64,000 nucleotides of DNA, taken from positions 1,216-65,215 of the forward strand of contig DAOLCW010000003.1 in NCBI GenBank assembly GCA_035327665.1, given 5' to 3'. Of this stretch, positions 38,191 to 47,257 are shown one piece after another. The notes below the pieces were generated by a model, which was not told the DNA's origin, did not search any database, and saw only the letters and a list, made by a program, of their open reading frames with translations. This DNA comes from Kiritimatiellia bacterium. Lineage in GTDB: Bacteria; Verrucomicrobiota; Kiritimatiellia; CAIVKH01. The position numbers and the translations under genes are program-made. Within the stretch, counting starts at the first letter, position 1. Every line of letters begins with the position of its first letter.

Positions 38191-39054
38191 ATGATCTTCA
38201 GCAAATTGTTTTCCACTTCAGAGTCCGCTTCCGAGACCCTGACGATTATTGAAGCTCCCAAGGGACTCGTGCCTCTCAATGTCACTGAGTTATGGCGATA
38301 TCGCGAGCTGTTGTATTTCATGTTGTTGCGTGATCTCAAGGCCCGATACAAGCAGTCTGCTTTGGGTCCGTTGTGGATCATCATCAACCCTTTGCTGCAA
38401 ATGGTGGTGTTGACGATTATCTTCGGGACAGTTGCCCAGCTCCCTATGGCGGACATCCCCGCTCCGTTGTTTATTTACTCGGCCATTCTGGCTTGGACGT
38501 TTTTTGAGACCGGCCTCATGCGCACCGCGACCAGCCTGCGGACGACGAAAGATTTGATGTCTAAAGTGTATTTTCCCCGGTTAATTATTCCGATCGTTGG
38601 TTTTATCAGTTCCGCCATCGATTTTTTGATATCCTTTGTCATCCTGATCGGCATGTGTTTCTATTACGGATATATTCCAGGATGGGCCATCTTGACGATC
38701 CCGGGGTTTCTTCTCATGGCCATGGTTCTCGGTCTGGCGATTGGGTTGGCCTTTGCCCCGCCCATCGCCCATTTCTGGGACGTCGGCAATGTGCTTCAGT
38801 ACGTGGTGAAGCTTTTAATGTACTCTTCACCAGTGGTCTACATGGCTACGGAAATTGTCCCCGAGCAATGGCAGACCCTCTACTGGAGCAATCCTCTCGC
38901 CAACATTATTCAAGGGTGCCGGTGGGCCATTCTCGGAACGGAACCCCCGAATTGGTTGATGCTCTTTGCCTCCTTTGCTTTCGTCATTCCCGCATTTTTT
39001 GCCGCAGCCCTTTATTACCGCCGGGCGGAACGCAGCATTGTGGATATAGCGTAG
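38191..39054 (+). CDS. wzm: ABC-2 type polysaccharide export permease
   Basis: 287 aa. LWRYRELLYFMLLRDLKARYKQSALGPLWIIINP signature and six predicted TM segments. Confidence 0.9.
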   Translation: MIFSKLFSTSESASETLTIIEAPKGLVPLNVTELWRYRELLYFMLLRDLKARYKQSALGPLWIIINPLLQMVVLTIIFGTVAQLPMADIPAPLFIYSAILAWTFFETGLMRTATSLRTTKDLMSKVYFPRLIIPIVGFISSAIDFLISFVILIGMCFYYGYIPGWAILTIPGFLLMAMVLGLAIGLAFAPPIAHFWDVGNVLQYVVKLLMYSSPVVYMATEIVPEQWQTLYWSNPLANIIQGCRWAILGTEPPNWLMLFASFAFVIPAFFAAALYYRRAERSIVDIA

Positions 39055-39125
39055 GACGGGATACGAGATACGGGATACGGGATAAGACAAAGACGATGGA
39101 CAATAGGCCATCGACAAAAGACACC
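39055..39125 (+). repeat. purine-rich heptamer array (GGGATAC / GAGATAC words) followed by GACAAAGAC / GATGGAC words
   Basis: Starts at the first base after the wzm stop. Segment 39058-39074 (GGGATACGAGATACGGG) is the exact complement of 40074-40090. Confidence 0.9.
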
Positions 39126-39249
39126 CATGGCCCGCTGACTGTCGACCATTGCCTGTTACCTCTCTTTCCTCGTAAGACGCAACTCGCATCTCTCATTCCA
39201 AATCTCCGGTCCCGTATTCTGAAGCACAAACCACAAATCATGTTTCCCG

Positions 39250-39756
39250 ATGCGTAATCACATCAAAGAAATATTATTCGCGCTTTCTGATGGCGGAGTT
39301 GAATACATTGTCGGGGGAGGGGTTGCCGCAGTGCTTCACGGAGTAGAGCGGGTAACGCTGGATATTGACATCGCCTTGAATCTGACGAAGGAAAACTTGG
39401 GTCGTTTCATTTCCGTTGTCAGTGGATTGGGCATGACGCCTCGGGTTCCTGTACCTCTCCCATCACTCGGAAATCCTGATGTCATTCGCATGATGGTACA
39501 TGAAAAGCATGCGCTGGTATTTTCGCTAATTGATGTGAATGAACCGCTTCGCTATCTTGATGTATTCTTGACCGAAGATTTAGCCTATCCGAATCTGCTC
39601 CCGCATTCCGACGTCGTTGCTATTGATGGTCGCGCTATTCGCATCATCGGGTGCGCGAAATTATTGGCCATAAAAAAGGCAATTCAGCCACCCCGCGACA
39701 AGGATGAATTGGACATTCGGTATTTGGAGAAATTACTTGCAGACAAGGGACTATGA
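39250..39756 (+). CDS. minimal nucleotidyltransferase-fold protein, cassette copy 2
   Basis: 168 aa. IVGGGVAAVLHGVERVTLDIDIA (GG...DxD). Related in layout to 34235..34783 and 58408..59136. Confidence 0.6.
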   Translation: MRNHIKEILFALSDGGVEYIVGGGVAAVLHGVERVTLDIDIALNLTKENLGRFISVVSGLGMTPRVPVPLPSLGNPDVIRMMVHEKHALVFSLIDVNEPLRYLDVFLTEDLAYPNLLPHSDVVAIDGRAIRIIGCAKLLAIKKAIQPPRDKDELDIRYLEKLLADKGL

Positions 39757-39946
39757 TTTCGGCCAAGCCGATGAGTGCGAACAGCTTCGTGCGCTGTTAA
39801 AGTCCTACTCCTCAGCAGACTTTGATGGCCATACCGATTTTGCCCAATTATCACCGTCACAGCGTCTAGACGCCTTGGCCAGTCTCGCGATCTTTATCAA
39901 GGAATGCAAAGGGAAGGCGGCAAAGACGAAAGACAATATGCAATAG
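39704..39946 (+). CDS. small ORF overlapping the 3' end of NTase copy 2; hypothetical partner
   Basis: 80 aa. Contains QLSPSQRLDAL, resembling ELTPEQRWRE in the small ORF next to NTase copy 3. Coding status uncertain. Confidence 0.3.
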   Translation: MNWTFGIWRNYLQTRDYDFGQADECEQLRALLKSYSSADFDGHTDFAQLSPSQRLDALASLAIFIKECKGKAAKTKDNMQ

Positions 39947-40026
39947 ACGAATGATCATAAGCAAAAGACGAAAAACTCTTGTTGCCAATTGCCCATCATC
40001 CATTGCCAATGAACTCTCTGACTACA

Positions 40027-40058
40027 GCACCAAAAACAACCTTCGGTTGTCACGGTGC
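40027..40058 (+). other. conserved leader hairpin, copy 1 (GCACC...GGTGC outer stem)
   Basis: GCACC (40027-40031) AAAAA CAACC-TTC-GGTTG (40037-40049) TCAC GGTGC (40054-40058), followed by GGGGCAAACCC. Confidence 0.55.
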
Positions 40059-40066
40059 GGGGCAAA

Positions 40067-40110
40067 CCCATAACCCGTATCTCGTATCCCGCATCCCGTA
40101 ACCCGGAACC
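40067..40110 (+). repeat. pyrimidine-rich heptamer array (CCCGTAT / CTCGTAT / CCCGCAT words) ahead of wzt
   Basis: Complement of 39055-39085. It ends 13 nt before the wzt ATG. Confidence 0.9.
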
Positions 40111-40123
40111 CGACACACGCCTT

Positions 40124-41368
40124 ATGACTACTGCCATTACTGTCGAAAACTTGAGCAAACGTTACCGGCTGGGCCATGCCGTCAAACGCGCCGGATCGGC
40201 TCGCGAGGCGGTGCGAAATGCCCTTCATGCTCCTTTTCGATATCTCAAATACCGGATGTCAGAAGCGACGGATGAAGATACCTTGTGGGCATGTCGGGAT
40301 ATTTCGTTTGAGGTGAACCAGGGCGAGGTACTTGGGATCATTGGCGCGAATGGCGCGGGAAAGTCCACGCTTTTGAAGATCTTGTCCCGCATTACCGACC
40401 CTACCAAGGGCCGAGCGGTTATCCGCGGGCGAGTCAATGCATTGCTTGAAGTCGGGGTTGGCTTTCATCCCGAGCTGACTGGACGTGAGAACATCTATCT
40501 AAATGCGGCGCTGCACGGATTGAGCGCTCGGGAAACCCGGAGCAAGCTGGACGAAATCGTTGAATTTTCGGGGATCAATCGCTTCCTCGACACGCCGGTC
40601 AAGCGATATTCAAGTGGAATGCGGGTAAGGCTCGGCTTTGCGGTAGCAGCACACTTGGAACCGGAAATTCTCATTGTAGATGAAGTATTGGCCGTCGGGG
40701 ATGTGGCATTCCAAAACAAGTGTTTAGGAAAAATGCAGGATGTCACACAATCCGGTCGAACGGTCATTTTTGTCAGTCACAACATGGCGGCGGTGCAAAA
40801 TTTATGCTCACGAGGAATTCTGTTGCGCCATGGCGGGGTCGCTCTTGCCGGAGCCATTCATGATGTGGTGGAGGAGTACCTCAAAGTTACCACGCCTTCA
40901 GTTGGTATCGCGCCGGTTCAATCCGGATTTGCTTCGCTTAAGTTAACCTTGACGCATCCTGAAGGTCATGAGCAGCATGTCTTTCTTATGGGGGATGGAG
41001 TGGTGTTTCGCCTCGAGTTAAGTGTGGATCGTCCTATTCAGAATGCAGACGTCGGGTTGGTCCTGGTGAACACGCAAGGGGTGAGAATTCTCACTTTTCA
41101 TACGAAATACCAAGCCTCGGCCAAGTTCGCGGTGGACCAGACCGCAACCCTCGTCATGACGTGGCCGGAAATTTCGCTCAATGCAGGTGTGTATAACATT
41201 TATGCCGCCTTGGATGAGCATGGTAAACCCGTTGCGACCTGGCCTTCGATCGGCAGGCTGGAGGTCGCCGGAGCAGATTATTATGGGACCGGCAAGTTGC
41301 CGGACCCTCATTCACACGGAGTTATGCTTGCTCGATCAGAGTGGACGGTAGCATCAGACCGAACCTAA
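40124..41368 (+). CDS. wzt: polysaccharide export ABC transporter ATP-binding protein with C-terminal glycan-binding-type extension
   Basis: Start moved to ATG 40124 (MTTAITVENLSKRY). Walker A GANGAGKST, signature YSSGMRVRLGFA, Walker B ILIVDEVLAVGD, plus a ~170-aa C-terminal domain. Confidence 0.9.
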   Translation: MTTAITVENLSKRYRLGHAVKRAGSAREAVRNALHAPFRYLKYRMSEATDEDTLWACRDISFEVNQGEVLGIIGANGAGKSTLLKILSRITDPTKGRAVIRGRVNALLEVGVGFHPELTGRENIYLNAALHGLSARETRSKLDEIVEFSGINRFLDTPVKRYSSGMRVRLGFAVAAHLEPEILIVDEVLAVGDVAFQNKCLGKMQDVTQSGRTVIFVSHNMAAVQNLCSRGILLRHGGVALAGAIHDVVEEYLKVTTPSVGIAPVQSGFASLKLTLTHPEGHEQHVFLMGDGVVFRLELSVDRPIQNADVGLVLVNTQGVRILTFHTKYQASAKFAVDQTATLVMTWPEISLNAGVYNIYAALDEHGKPVATWPSIGRLEVAGADYYGTGKLPDPHSHGVMLARSEWTVASDRT

Positions 41369-41394
41369 AGCCGAGGGATAGCGGAGTAGATACG

Positions 41395-42159
41395 ATGATC
41401 AATCAACTCAAAAAACAGATAAAGAAAATCGAGTGGTTAAAGCCCCTTTACAGCAAAAATGCCAGACTTCTTTTAAAGCTGAAGTGGATGGGCGTTGGCA
41501 AGGATGTTGACACGGTGGAAGGCGCCGAGTCGGACGGTTTGCGTCAGCGGCGATATGAGAGCTACTCCGCCTACCTTGAGCACCAAAAATCCAAATTAAC
41601 CATGCTGAAGTCTGGAGATGTTCATGGCGTGGATAAGATGGATCTTGAAAGTTATGATCGAAGTTATAGAGAAGACCTTCGCGCGAGGCTGCAAGGTTCG
41701 CCCGAATTACGGCCAGGCATAGGGGTGCTCTGTCTCGCCGCTCGAATTGGCACGGAAGTTAAAGCGTTCCTTGATTTGGGGTGCTTTTCCGTGGGCATTG
41801 ATTTGAATCCCGGACCTGACAATTCCTATGTATTGCCTGGGGACTTTCACCACCTGGTATTTTCGGATGCCTCGGTGGGGGCCGTTTTCTGCAACTCCCT
41901 AGATCATGCCTATGACCTTGGGACCTTAATGAGCGAAATCCGTCGGGTGTTGGTTCCTGCAGGTGTGTTTATTGCAGAAATTCCCCTCGGTTCGGAGGAG
42001 GCCAAGAAGGCCAACATGGGATTTTGGGAGGCTACGGACTGGGCATCTGTCAACGACGTGATCAAGGTGATCAAGAGCCATGGCTTTGAGGTGAGGCGGA
42101 CGGTGGATGATCCGTCCGGGAAGGAGAGAAAAACCTTGATATTCCAAAAGGGAGCATGA
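41395..42159 (+). CDS. probable class I SAM-dependent methyltransferase
   Basis: Start ATG 41395 (MINQLKK). Motifs: VLCLAARIGTEVKAFLDLGCFSVGIDLNP and DASVGAVFCNSLDH, compatible with a Methyltransf_11-type fold. Confidence 0.6.
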   Translation: MINQLKKQIKKIEWLKPLYSKNARLLLKLKWMGVGKDVDTVEGAESDGLRQRRYESYSAYLEHQKSKLTMLKSGDVHGVDKMDLESYDRSYREDLRARLQGSPELRPGIGVLCLAARIGTEVKAFLDLGCFSVGIDLNPGPDNSYVLPGDFHHLVFSDASVGAVFCNSLDHAYDLGTLMSEIRRVLVPAGVFIAEIPLGSEEAKKANMGFWEATDWASVNDVIKVIKSHGFEVRRTVDDPSGKERKTLIFQKGA

Positions 42160-42228
42160 GCTATTTAGCTTTGCTCCCGATCTATCTTTCCCTACTCGAT
42201 GAACACGCTCGCTCTCTGGTAAATCAGT

Positions 42229-43839
42229 ATGCCATTTTCGCTCAAGGCCCGAATCGCCTCAAGTCTGGGTCATGACCTGAAGGTGACTCCGATCTTGTTG
42301 ACGTGTGCCAGTCCTCGGCAGGTTGCCGGGGTTTGCGGACTTTTGGCCTCGATTGAAGCCTCTCTCTCATGGACGCCCTATCTGATCTGTTGGGTATTTG
42401 AAATGGGACTGAGCACCTCTGACCGGTGTCGTATTCGCCGCTCTGTGTCCAGCCATCGTTTTGGTGTCCGCTTTAGGAAGGTGGCAGGGTGCCACAAAGA
42501 CACGACGGAGCCTGAGGCCGGGGCAATTTCCTCGTGGAGAGGTCATGACATCATTTCGCGACTGCCCATCTCGGTACATGGGATAATCTGCATCGCTCCG
42601 GATCGAGTCGTGGAGCGAGATATCGGAGAGATGTGGGAACGTCTTCCTACAGAGATTCCATTTGTGCTTGTGCAACCCAACTCAAGGGATGACAGCAATG
42701 GACGAGATTCAAATGATCAGGGGCTTTTTCTTGTCGATGTGGACCGTTGCCGTTCGCAGTCTGCAAAGTTGTTCTTTGAACCTCCTGCCAAGCCGGGTGA
42801 CATGTGGCGAATCGAGCCAGCGGGTGGATGTACCGAGATCTATGGGGATCCTCGATGGGGGGTTCCTTGTCAGCTTTCATCTGGAGCGCATCGTTTGATC
42901 GCGCAGCGATTCGGACACTACCGGCGGAACGTTTACGAGCGGGCTTGGTTATTGGCGATCAATTTGAGGCAACGATTTGCACATCCTTCGCCTCTTCCTG
43001 CAGCCCCTTTCCCCGGGGGGCGTTCCCTGAGGCGTTTAGAAGAGTGTCCCGTGATAGGGAGAGATAATGGATCGATGGTACTTACCACCTATTTTTCATC
43101 CAAACAGGATCCTCAACGCCACCATTCTGTATCCCAGGACTCCCTTGATTACATTGCGCCCTTGTACCATAGCCTTGTCCAATTGGGTTTGGCGGGGAGA
43201 ATCTTTTGCGATCATCTTTCGGATGTCTTTATCGCGGCTCATGAGACGGATCGCATACGGTTTGTACGATGCCGCCTGGGCGAGCATTCCTTGAATGACG
43301 AGCGCTTCTTTGTTTATCGTGAATATCTTGCCGCGAATCCCGGGGTTTCCTCGGTTTTCATGGTTGATGCCAACGATGTTGTCATCACCAGAAATCCATT
43401 CGAGTCTCTCCGCGAAAACACCCTTTACGTCGGTCGGGATAAATGCGTGGTCGTCGGTCAGTCCGCCTACATGAGAGCAAAACTCCATACTCTTGAGGTG
43501 CTTTCGGGCTTAACGATTCCTGCTCCGATGTACTCAATGCCTCATTACAATGCCGGCATTATCGGAGGACGGCGTCAGGTCATGATTGATCTTTTGGATC
43601 GAATGATTGATTTGTTCAACCGTTGTGAGGGTGAGGGCAATGTCAACATGGCCGCGCTGAATTATCTCCTGTATCAAGAGTACGATGCCCGGGTCCTGAC
43701 AAGCAGGTATTTGCCTGAGGCAGTTGATCCCTCGCAAGACGGTTTCAGTCGCACACGATGGATCGTATCCGGCTACCCCCTCAACAGCGCTTACAAGCGA
43801 TACGAAACAGACTCTGATGCGATCTTTATCCACAAATAA
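42229..43839 (+). CDS. two-domain hypothetical protein, possibly a glycosyltransferase
   Basis: 536 aa and a clean ORF. The C-terminal half (TTYFSSKQDPQR...MVDANDVVI...HYNAGIIGG) looks like a nucleotide-diphospho-sugar transferase. I cannot assign a family. Confidence 0.45.
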   Translation: MPFSLKARIASSLGHDLKVTPILLTCASPRQVAGVCGLLASIEASLSWTPYLICWVFEMGLSTSDRCRIRRSVSSHRFGVRFRKVAGCHKDTTEPEAGAISSWRGHDIISRLPISVHGIICIAPDRVVERDIGEMWERLPTEIPFVLVQPNSRDDSNGRDSNDQGLFLVDVDRCRSQSAKLFFEPPAKPGDMWRIEPAGGCTEIYGDPRWGVPCQLSSGAHRLIAQRFGHYRRNVYERAWLLAINLRQRFAHPSPLPAAPFPGGRSLRRLEECPVIGRDNGSMVLTTYFSSKQDPQRHHSVSQDSLDYIAPLYHSLVQLGLAGRIFCDHLSDVFIAAHETDRIRFVRCRLGEHSLNDERFFVYREYLAANPGVSSVFMVDANDVVITRNPFESLRENTLYVGRDKCVVVGQSAYMRAKLHTLEVLSGLTIPAPMYSMPHYNAGIIGGRRQVMIDLLDRMIDLFNRCEGEGNVNMAALNYLLYQEYDARVLTSRYLPEAVDPSQDGFSRTRWIVSGYPLNSAYKRYETDSDAIFIHK

Positions 43840-43854
43840 TCGCCTCGTTTTCAA

Positions 43855-44928
43855 GTGCTGGCCATGAGCTCCCTGCATATTGTCATTCGCTCAGCAGGTG
43901 AGCGCACGGCATCGGCTTGTCATCAGGAGGTCACAAGACAAGCCACAGGATGTTGCGTGGAGCGGGTCGAGGAAACCCCGTTTTGGGAAACGTTGTGCAA
44001 AGGACTTCGCAGCGGGATGGCATCCGGACAGGATTGGATGCTTTCCCTTGATGCGGATGTTCTGCCTTCTCCGGACTTAATGGAGGTGGTCGATCGCTGG
44101 ATTCGCGAGGCGGAGCGCTGGGACGGAGTGATTACCGGCATGGTTCAGGACAAGTTAATTGCGGGAATCCGGTCTGGCGGGGTTCGATTGTTCCGGGCAG
44201 AGGTTCTTCCCTTGATTCTGGAGGTGATGCCAACACGGGAGGAAACCGTTCGGCCCGAGTCAGCAGCGATCGTGCGGCTGGCCGGTCGAGGCTGGAGGCA
44301 CAAGCTCACCCGTGACCTGGTCGGTCTCCATGACTATGAGCAATCGTATGCAGACATCTACCGCAAGGCCTTTCTTCATATGCGAAAACATGATTATGCG
44401 GCGGGTCGCTTTTTGCCCAACTGGCGGAAGCTGGCGACTCATGATCCCGATTATCAGGTTGCCTTGGCAGGAGCAGGCAATGCCTTGCAAGATCAGGTCG
44501 ATGTGGATTGCGATGCCGCGCATCCCGTGTTCCGGGCCGGGCCGACCTTGGAGCGGCTCGGTCTTCATGAAAAAGGCGCGTATGTGCATGATCCTTTCCA
44601 GGTTCCTCGCGAGGTTCGTTCCCTTCAGGAAGCCATGGAGGGAGGAGTACTCGTTCCTTTTTCGCCTCAGGATCAACAGGCGTATAATCAGGCGGTGAGC
44701 GGGCCGGAACTGTTCGCTCGTATATCCCGGATCGGGGACTGTCTGAAGGATTGTCTTGCTGCTTCTCCGGAAGCCGAGTCGGCGGTGCTTCATCAAGTAC
44801 GCCGGATCCTTCGTGATCACGCGCTCCTTGATACCTTTAGTCCTATGGAAATCCTTGGCTATGCAAGGTCGAGAGTTTTTTCCTCGGGCCCTAGACGAAA
44901 GAAATCCGATCCTACAACGACTCGATAA
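43855..44928 (+). CDS. hypothetical protein, GT-A-like fold suspected
   Basis: 357 aa. LHIVIRSAGERT and LSLDADVLP (DxD-like) motifs. Alternative start at ATG 43864. Confidence 0.45.
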   Translation: MLAMSSLHIVIRSAGERTASACHQEVTRQATGCCVERVEETPFWETLCKGLRSGMASGQDWMLSLDADVLPSPDLMEVVDRWIREAERWDGVITGMVQDKLIAGIRSGGVRLFRAEVLPLILEVMPTREETVRPESAAIVRLAGRGWRHKLTRDLVGLHDYEQSYADIYRKAFLHMRKHDYAAGRFLPNWRKLATHDPDYQVALAGAGNALQDQVDVDCDAAHPVFRAGPTLERLGLHEKGAYVHDPFQVPREVRSLQEAMEGGVLVPFSPQDQQAYNQAVSGPELFARISRIGDCLKDCLAASPEAESAVLHQVRRILRDHALLDTFSPMEILGYARSRVFSSGPRRKKSDPTTTR

Positions 44929-44955
44929 CCGTGGAATCAGAACTGCGCATTGACG

Positions 44956-45777
44956 ATGAAGAAGGGTCGAACATCTTTCGTGAGAACGAAGCAAGCAGCC
45001 TTGCTTTTCGGTTTCTTGTTGGCTGTGATGGTGAGCCTCGGTTGGCGCTTCATGGGGGGACCACCGACGATTTTGTTTCTCGGTGACAGCAATACCGAAT
45101 CACGTTGGTTCGCGGAAGAGCTTCATGCGATCTTTACCGAGCGGGTCGGCGAGGCTTCGCCGAGACTCATTCTTCGTGGCCGGGGCGGGGAAACCTTGTC
45201 CGGATTGAGTGAAGCTCAATTTCCCGGCGATCGTCCTGATGTTTTTCAGCGATTGAGCCGTGAACTTCGCCGATGGCGTCCGACGTGGGTTGTCGGCTGG
45301 TACGGGATGAACGACGGGCTTTTTCAACCGTTCGATCAGGAACGCTTTTTAATGTTTCAAGATGGTTTGAATCGATTTGCCGATACAATTCTCGCCTCCG
45401 GGGCTCAATTGATTCTGCTGACCCCTCCGTTGTTTGCCCGCCCCGGCCGCGACATGCCCAATGACCCTCAGTCCCGGCGACGTCAGGTTGAAACGGACCA
45501 CTCCCACGCCCGAACCAAGCTTGCGGCCGAGCCTGCCCGGTATGGATATTTTTCTCCCTACATGTATTATGATGATGTCCTCACAATCTATGCCGACTGG
45601 ATGAAGGAAATGGGTGAGCGTGAGAAGGTGTGGGTGCTCGATATCCGGACTCCATTGATGGAGAATCTGGACAAAGCCTACGATCTGGAAGATCGCGTTC
45701 ATCCCAATCGCGTCGGCCATCGTATCATCGCTGAGACATTTCTGAACGCATGGAAAGAAATAAGCGATGGGCGATAG
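44956..45777 (+). CDS. SGNH/GDSL-family hydrolase
   Basis: Start ATG 44956. Block I ILFLGDSNTE, block III YGMNDG, block V DRVHPN. N-terminal TM or signal segment. Confidence 0.8.
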   Translation: MKKGRTSFVRTKQAALLFGFLLAVMVSLGWRFMGGPPTILFLGDSNTESRWFAEELHAIFTERVGEASPRLILRGRGGETLSGLSEAQFPGDRPDVFQRLSRELRRWRPTWVVGWYGMNDGLFQPFDQERFLMFQDGLNRFADTILASGAQLILLTPPLFARPGRDMPNDPQSRRRQVETDHSHARTKLAAEPARYGYFSPYMYYDDVLTIYADWMKEMGEREKVWVLDIRTPLMENLDKAYDLEDRVHPNRVGHRIIAETFLNAWKEISDGR

Positions 45778-45779
45778 AC

Positions 45780-46014
45780 GATCGACGATGGACAAAAGAC
45801 ACAAAGCGAACGAAGACTGACGACGACGAGCGAAAGACGATGGGCTGTTCGACCTCGGACTTCTGACGACTGACTTCAGGCTTCCCATTTCCGGCTTGAT
45901 TCCTCAACCCGCATCCCCTGCACCAGAGACGGCCTGCGGCCACGGTGCAGAGCAAGCCCCGGCACCCGAATCCCATCGCGTATCCCGCATTGCGTTTCCC
46001 ACATCCCGTACATC
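45780..46014 (+). repeat. composite word-repeat spacer (GACAAAAGAC-type words, leader hairpin copy 2 at 45918-45950, CCCGTAT-type heptamers to the ATG)
   Basis: CTGCACC (45918-45924) AGAGAC GGCC-TGC-GGCC (45931-45941) AC GGTGCAG (45944-45950). The heptamer run 45964-46010 ends ...GTACATC ATG. Confidence 0.8.
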
Positions 46015-47253
46015 ATGAAAATCGGTCTTCTCACTCAGGAATATCAAAGCGCGGAACAGCGATATGGCGGGGTGGGGCGGGCATTTGAGAAGATGGCAGC
46101 CTGGCTAGCGGATCGCGGTCATCATGTGACGGTTTACCTTCAGGGCCGCGTCAGCTCTGAAACCCGGGAGAGCAATGGCGTGGTCGTGGTCCGAGTGGCG
46201 CCGGTTTCCCGTTTGCACTGGCGGCTGCAACCTTGGATACGTCGCCTTCCGCCCTTTCTGCGAGGGATGCTTTGGCACGCGGATCTCAATCGAGCGATGG
46301 TGAGCCGAATTCTTGCTGATGCCCAACGGGGAAGGATGGATGTAGTTCTTGCCAATCGGGGGGTTACTGCTCCCAGCTTGTTTCATCGTCGGCTTCTTCC
46401 GTCTGTGATCCGGGTTCAGCATTCCATGCCGAAGGCGTTGAGGGTGGAGAAACAGAGCGTGCGCCTGCTTGATCGATGGCTTCACTTGGCCGAGCAACGC
46501 TCGCAGCGCGCGGCGGATGCCTTGTTTTGTCCGTCTCATGCAGTCGCCTCCTATGTTGCTGCCCAGTTGGGGCGTGAGGTTCCGGTTATTCCGACACCGA
46601 TGTTCATTCCTTCACGAGCTGCCGTTTCGTGGGATGACCTACAAGAGCGTTTTCAGCTTCCTCCGCAGTATCTGATGTATTGGGGGAGCTTTCTTTTTTG
46701 CAAGGGGGTAGATATTCTTGTGGATGCGCTTCCCGCATTTTTGGAAGTCTGCCCGGATCATGGGGTTGTTCTGGTCGGAGGTCAAAAGTATGACGATCCG
46801 CTTCATGACCGGCTGGTTCAGCGCATTCATGCGCTCCGGGAGGAGCATCAAGGCCGGATTCGGGTTCTTGAAGGGCTCGATCACGATCAGCTGTTTCCCA
46901 TGATCGAGCATGCGGTAGCTGCGGTGCTTCCTTCCGTGTTCGACAACCTACCGAATACACTGCTGGAAGCGATGTGGCTGGGATGTCCGGTTATCGGCAC
47001 CCGGGGAGCCAGTCACGACGAAATCGTGGAGGATGGTGTCGATGGATTGCTTGTTGAGATGGGGGATCACAAGGGATTGAGCCGGGCCATGATTAAACTG
47101 GCTTCCCTGTCCGCAGAGGAGCGGGAAACGCTGGGTCGGGCTGGCGCCGCCAAGGTGCGACAGTATTGCGACCCGGACTCGGTGATGACGAGGATCGTTG
47201 AGCAATGTGAAACGGCAATCCGGCGTTACCGGAGATCCCATGGAGGAGGTTAA
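46015..47253 (+). CDS. glycosyltransferase family 4 (GT-B)
   Basis: 412 aa. LPSVFDNLPNTLLEAMWLGCPVIGT (E-x7-E region). Confidence 0.85.
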   Translation: MKIGLLTQEYQSAEQRYGGVGRAFEKMAAWLADRGHHVTVYLQGRVSSETRESNGVVVVRVAPVSRLHWRLQPWIRRLPPFLRGMLWHADLNRAMVSRILADAQRGRMDVVLANRGVTAPSLFHRRLLPSVIRVQHSMPKALRVEKQSVRLLDRWLHLAEQRSQRAADALFCPSHAVASYVAAQLGREVPVIPTPMFIPSRAAVSWDDLQERFQLPPQYLMYWGSFLFCKGVDILVDALPAFLEVCPDHGVVLVGGQKYDDPLHDRLVQRIHALREEHQGRIRVLEGLDHDQLFPMIEHAVAAVLPSVFDNLPNTLLEAMWLGCPVIGTRGASHDEIVEDGVDGLLVEMGDHKGLSRAMIKLASLSAEERETLGRAGAAKVRQYCDPDSVMTRIVEQCETAIRRYRRSHGGG

Positions 47254-47257
47254 ACCG

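Noticed and set aside
34139-40110. Repeat-bounded cassettes as integron gene cassettes with attC sites.
   Set aside because: There is no integron integrase or attI in the window. The arms are long degenerate word arrays rather than attC-type imperfect palindromes with R/L boxes. The cassettes are scattered within an operon rather than arrayed.
32471-42246. Identical MPFSLK N-termini of the FkbM methyltransferase (32471) and the 536-aa protein (42229) as a shared signal.
   Set aside because: Only six residues match, they are encoded by different codons, and there is no similarity afterwards. This is most likely coincidence.
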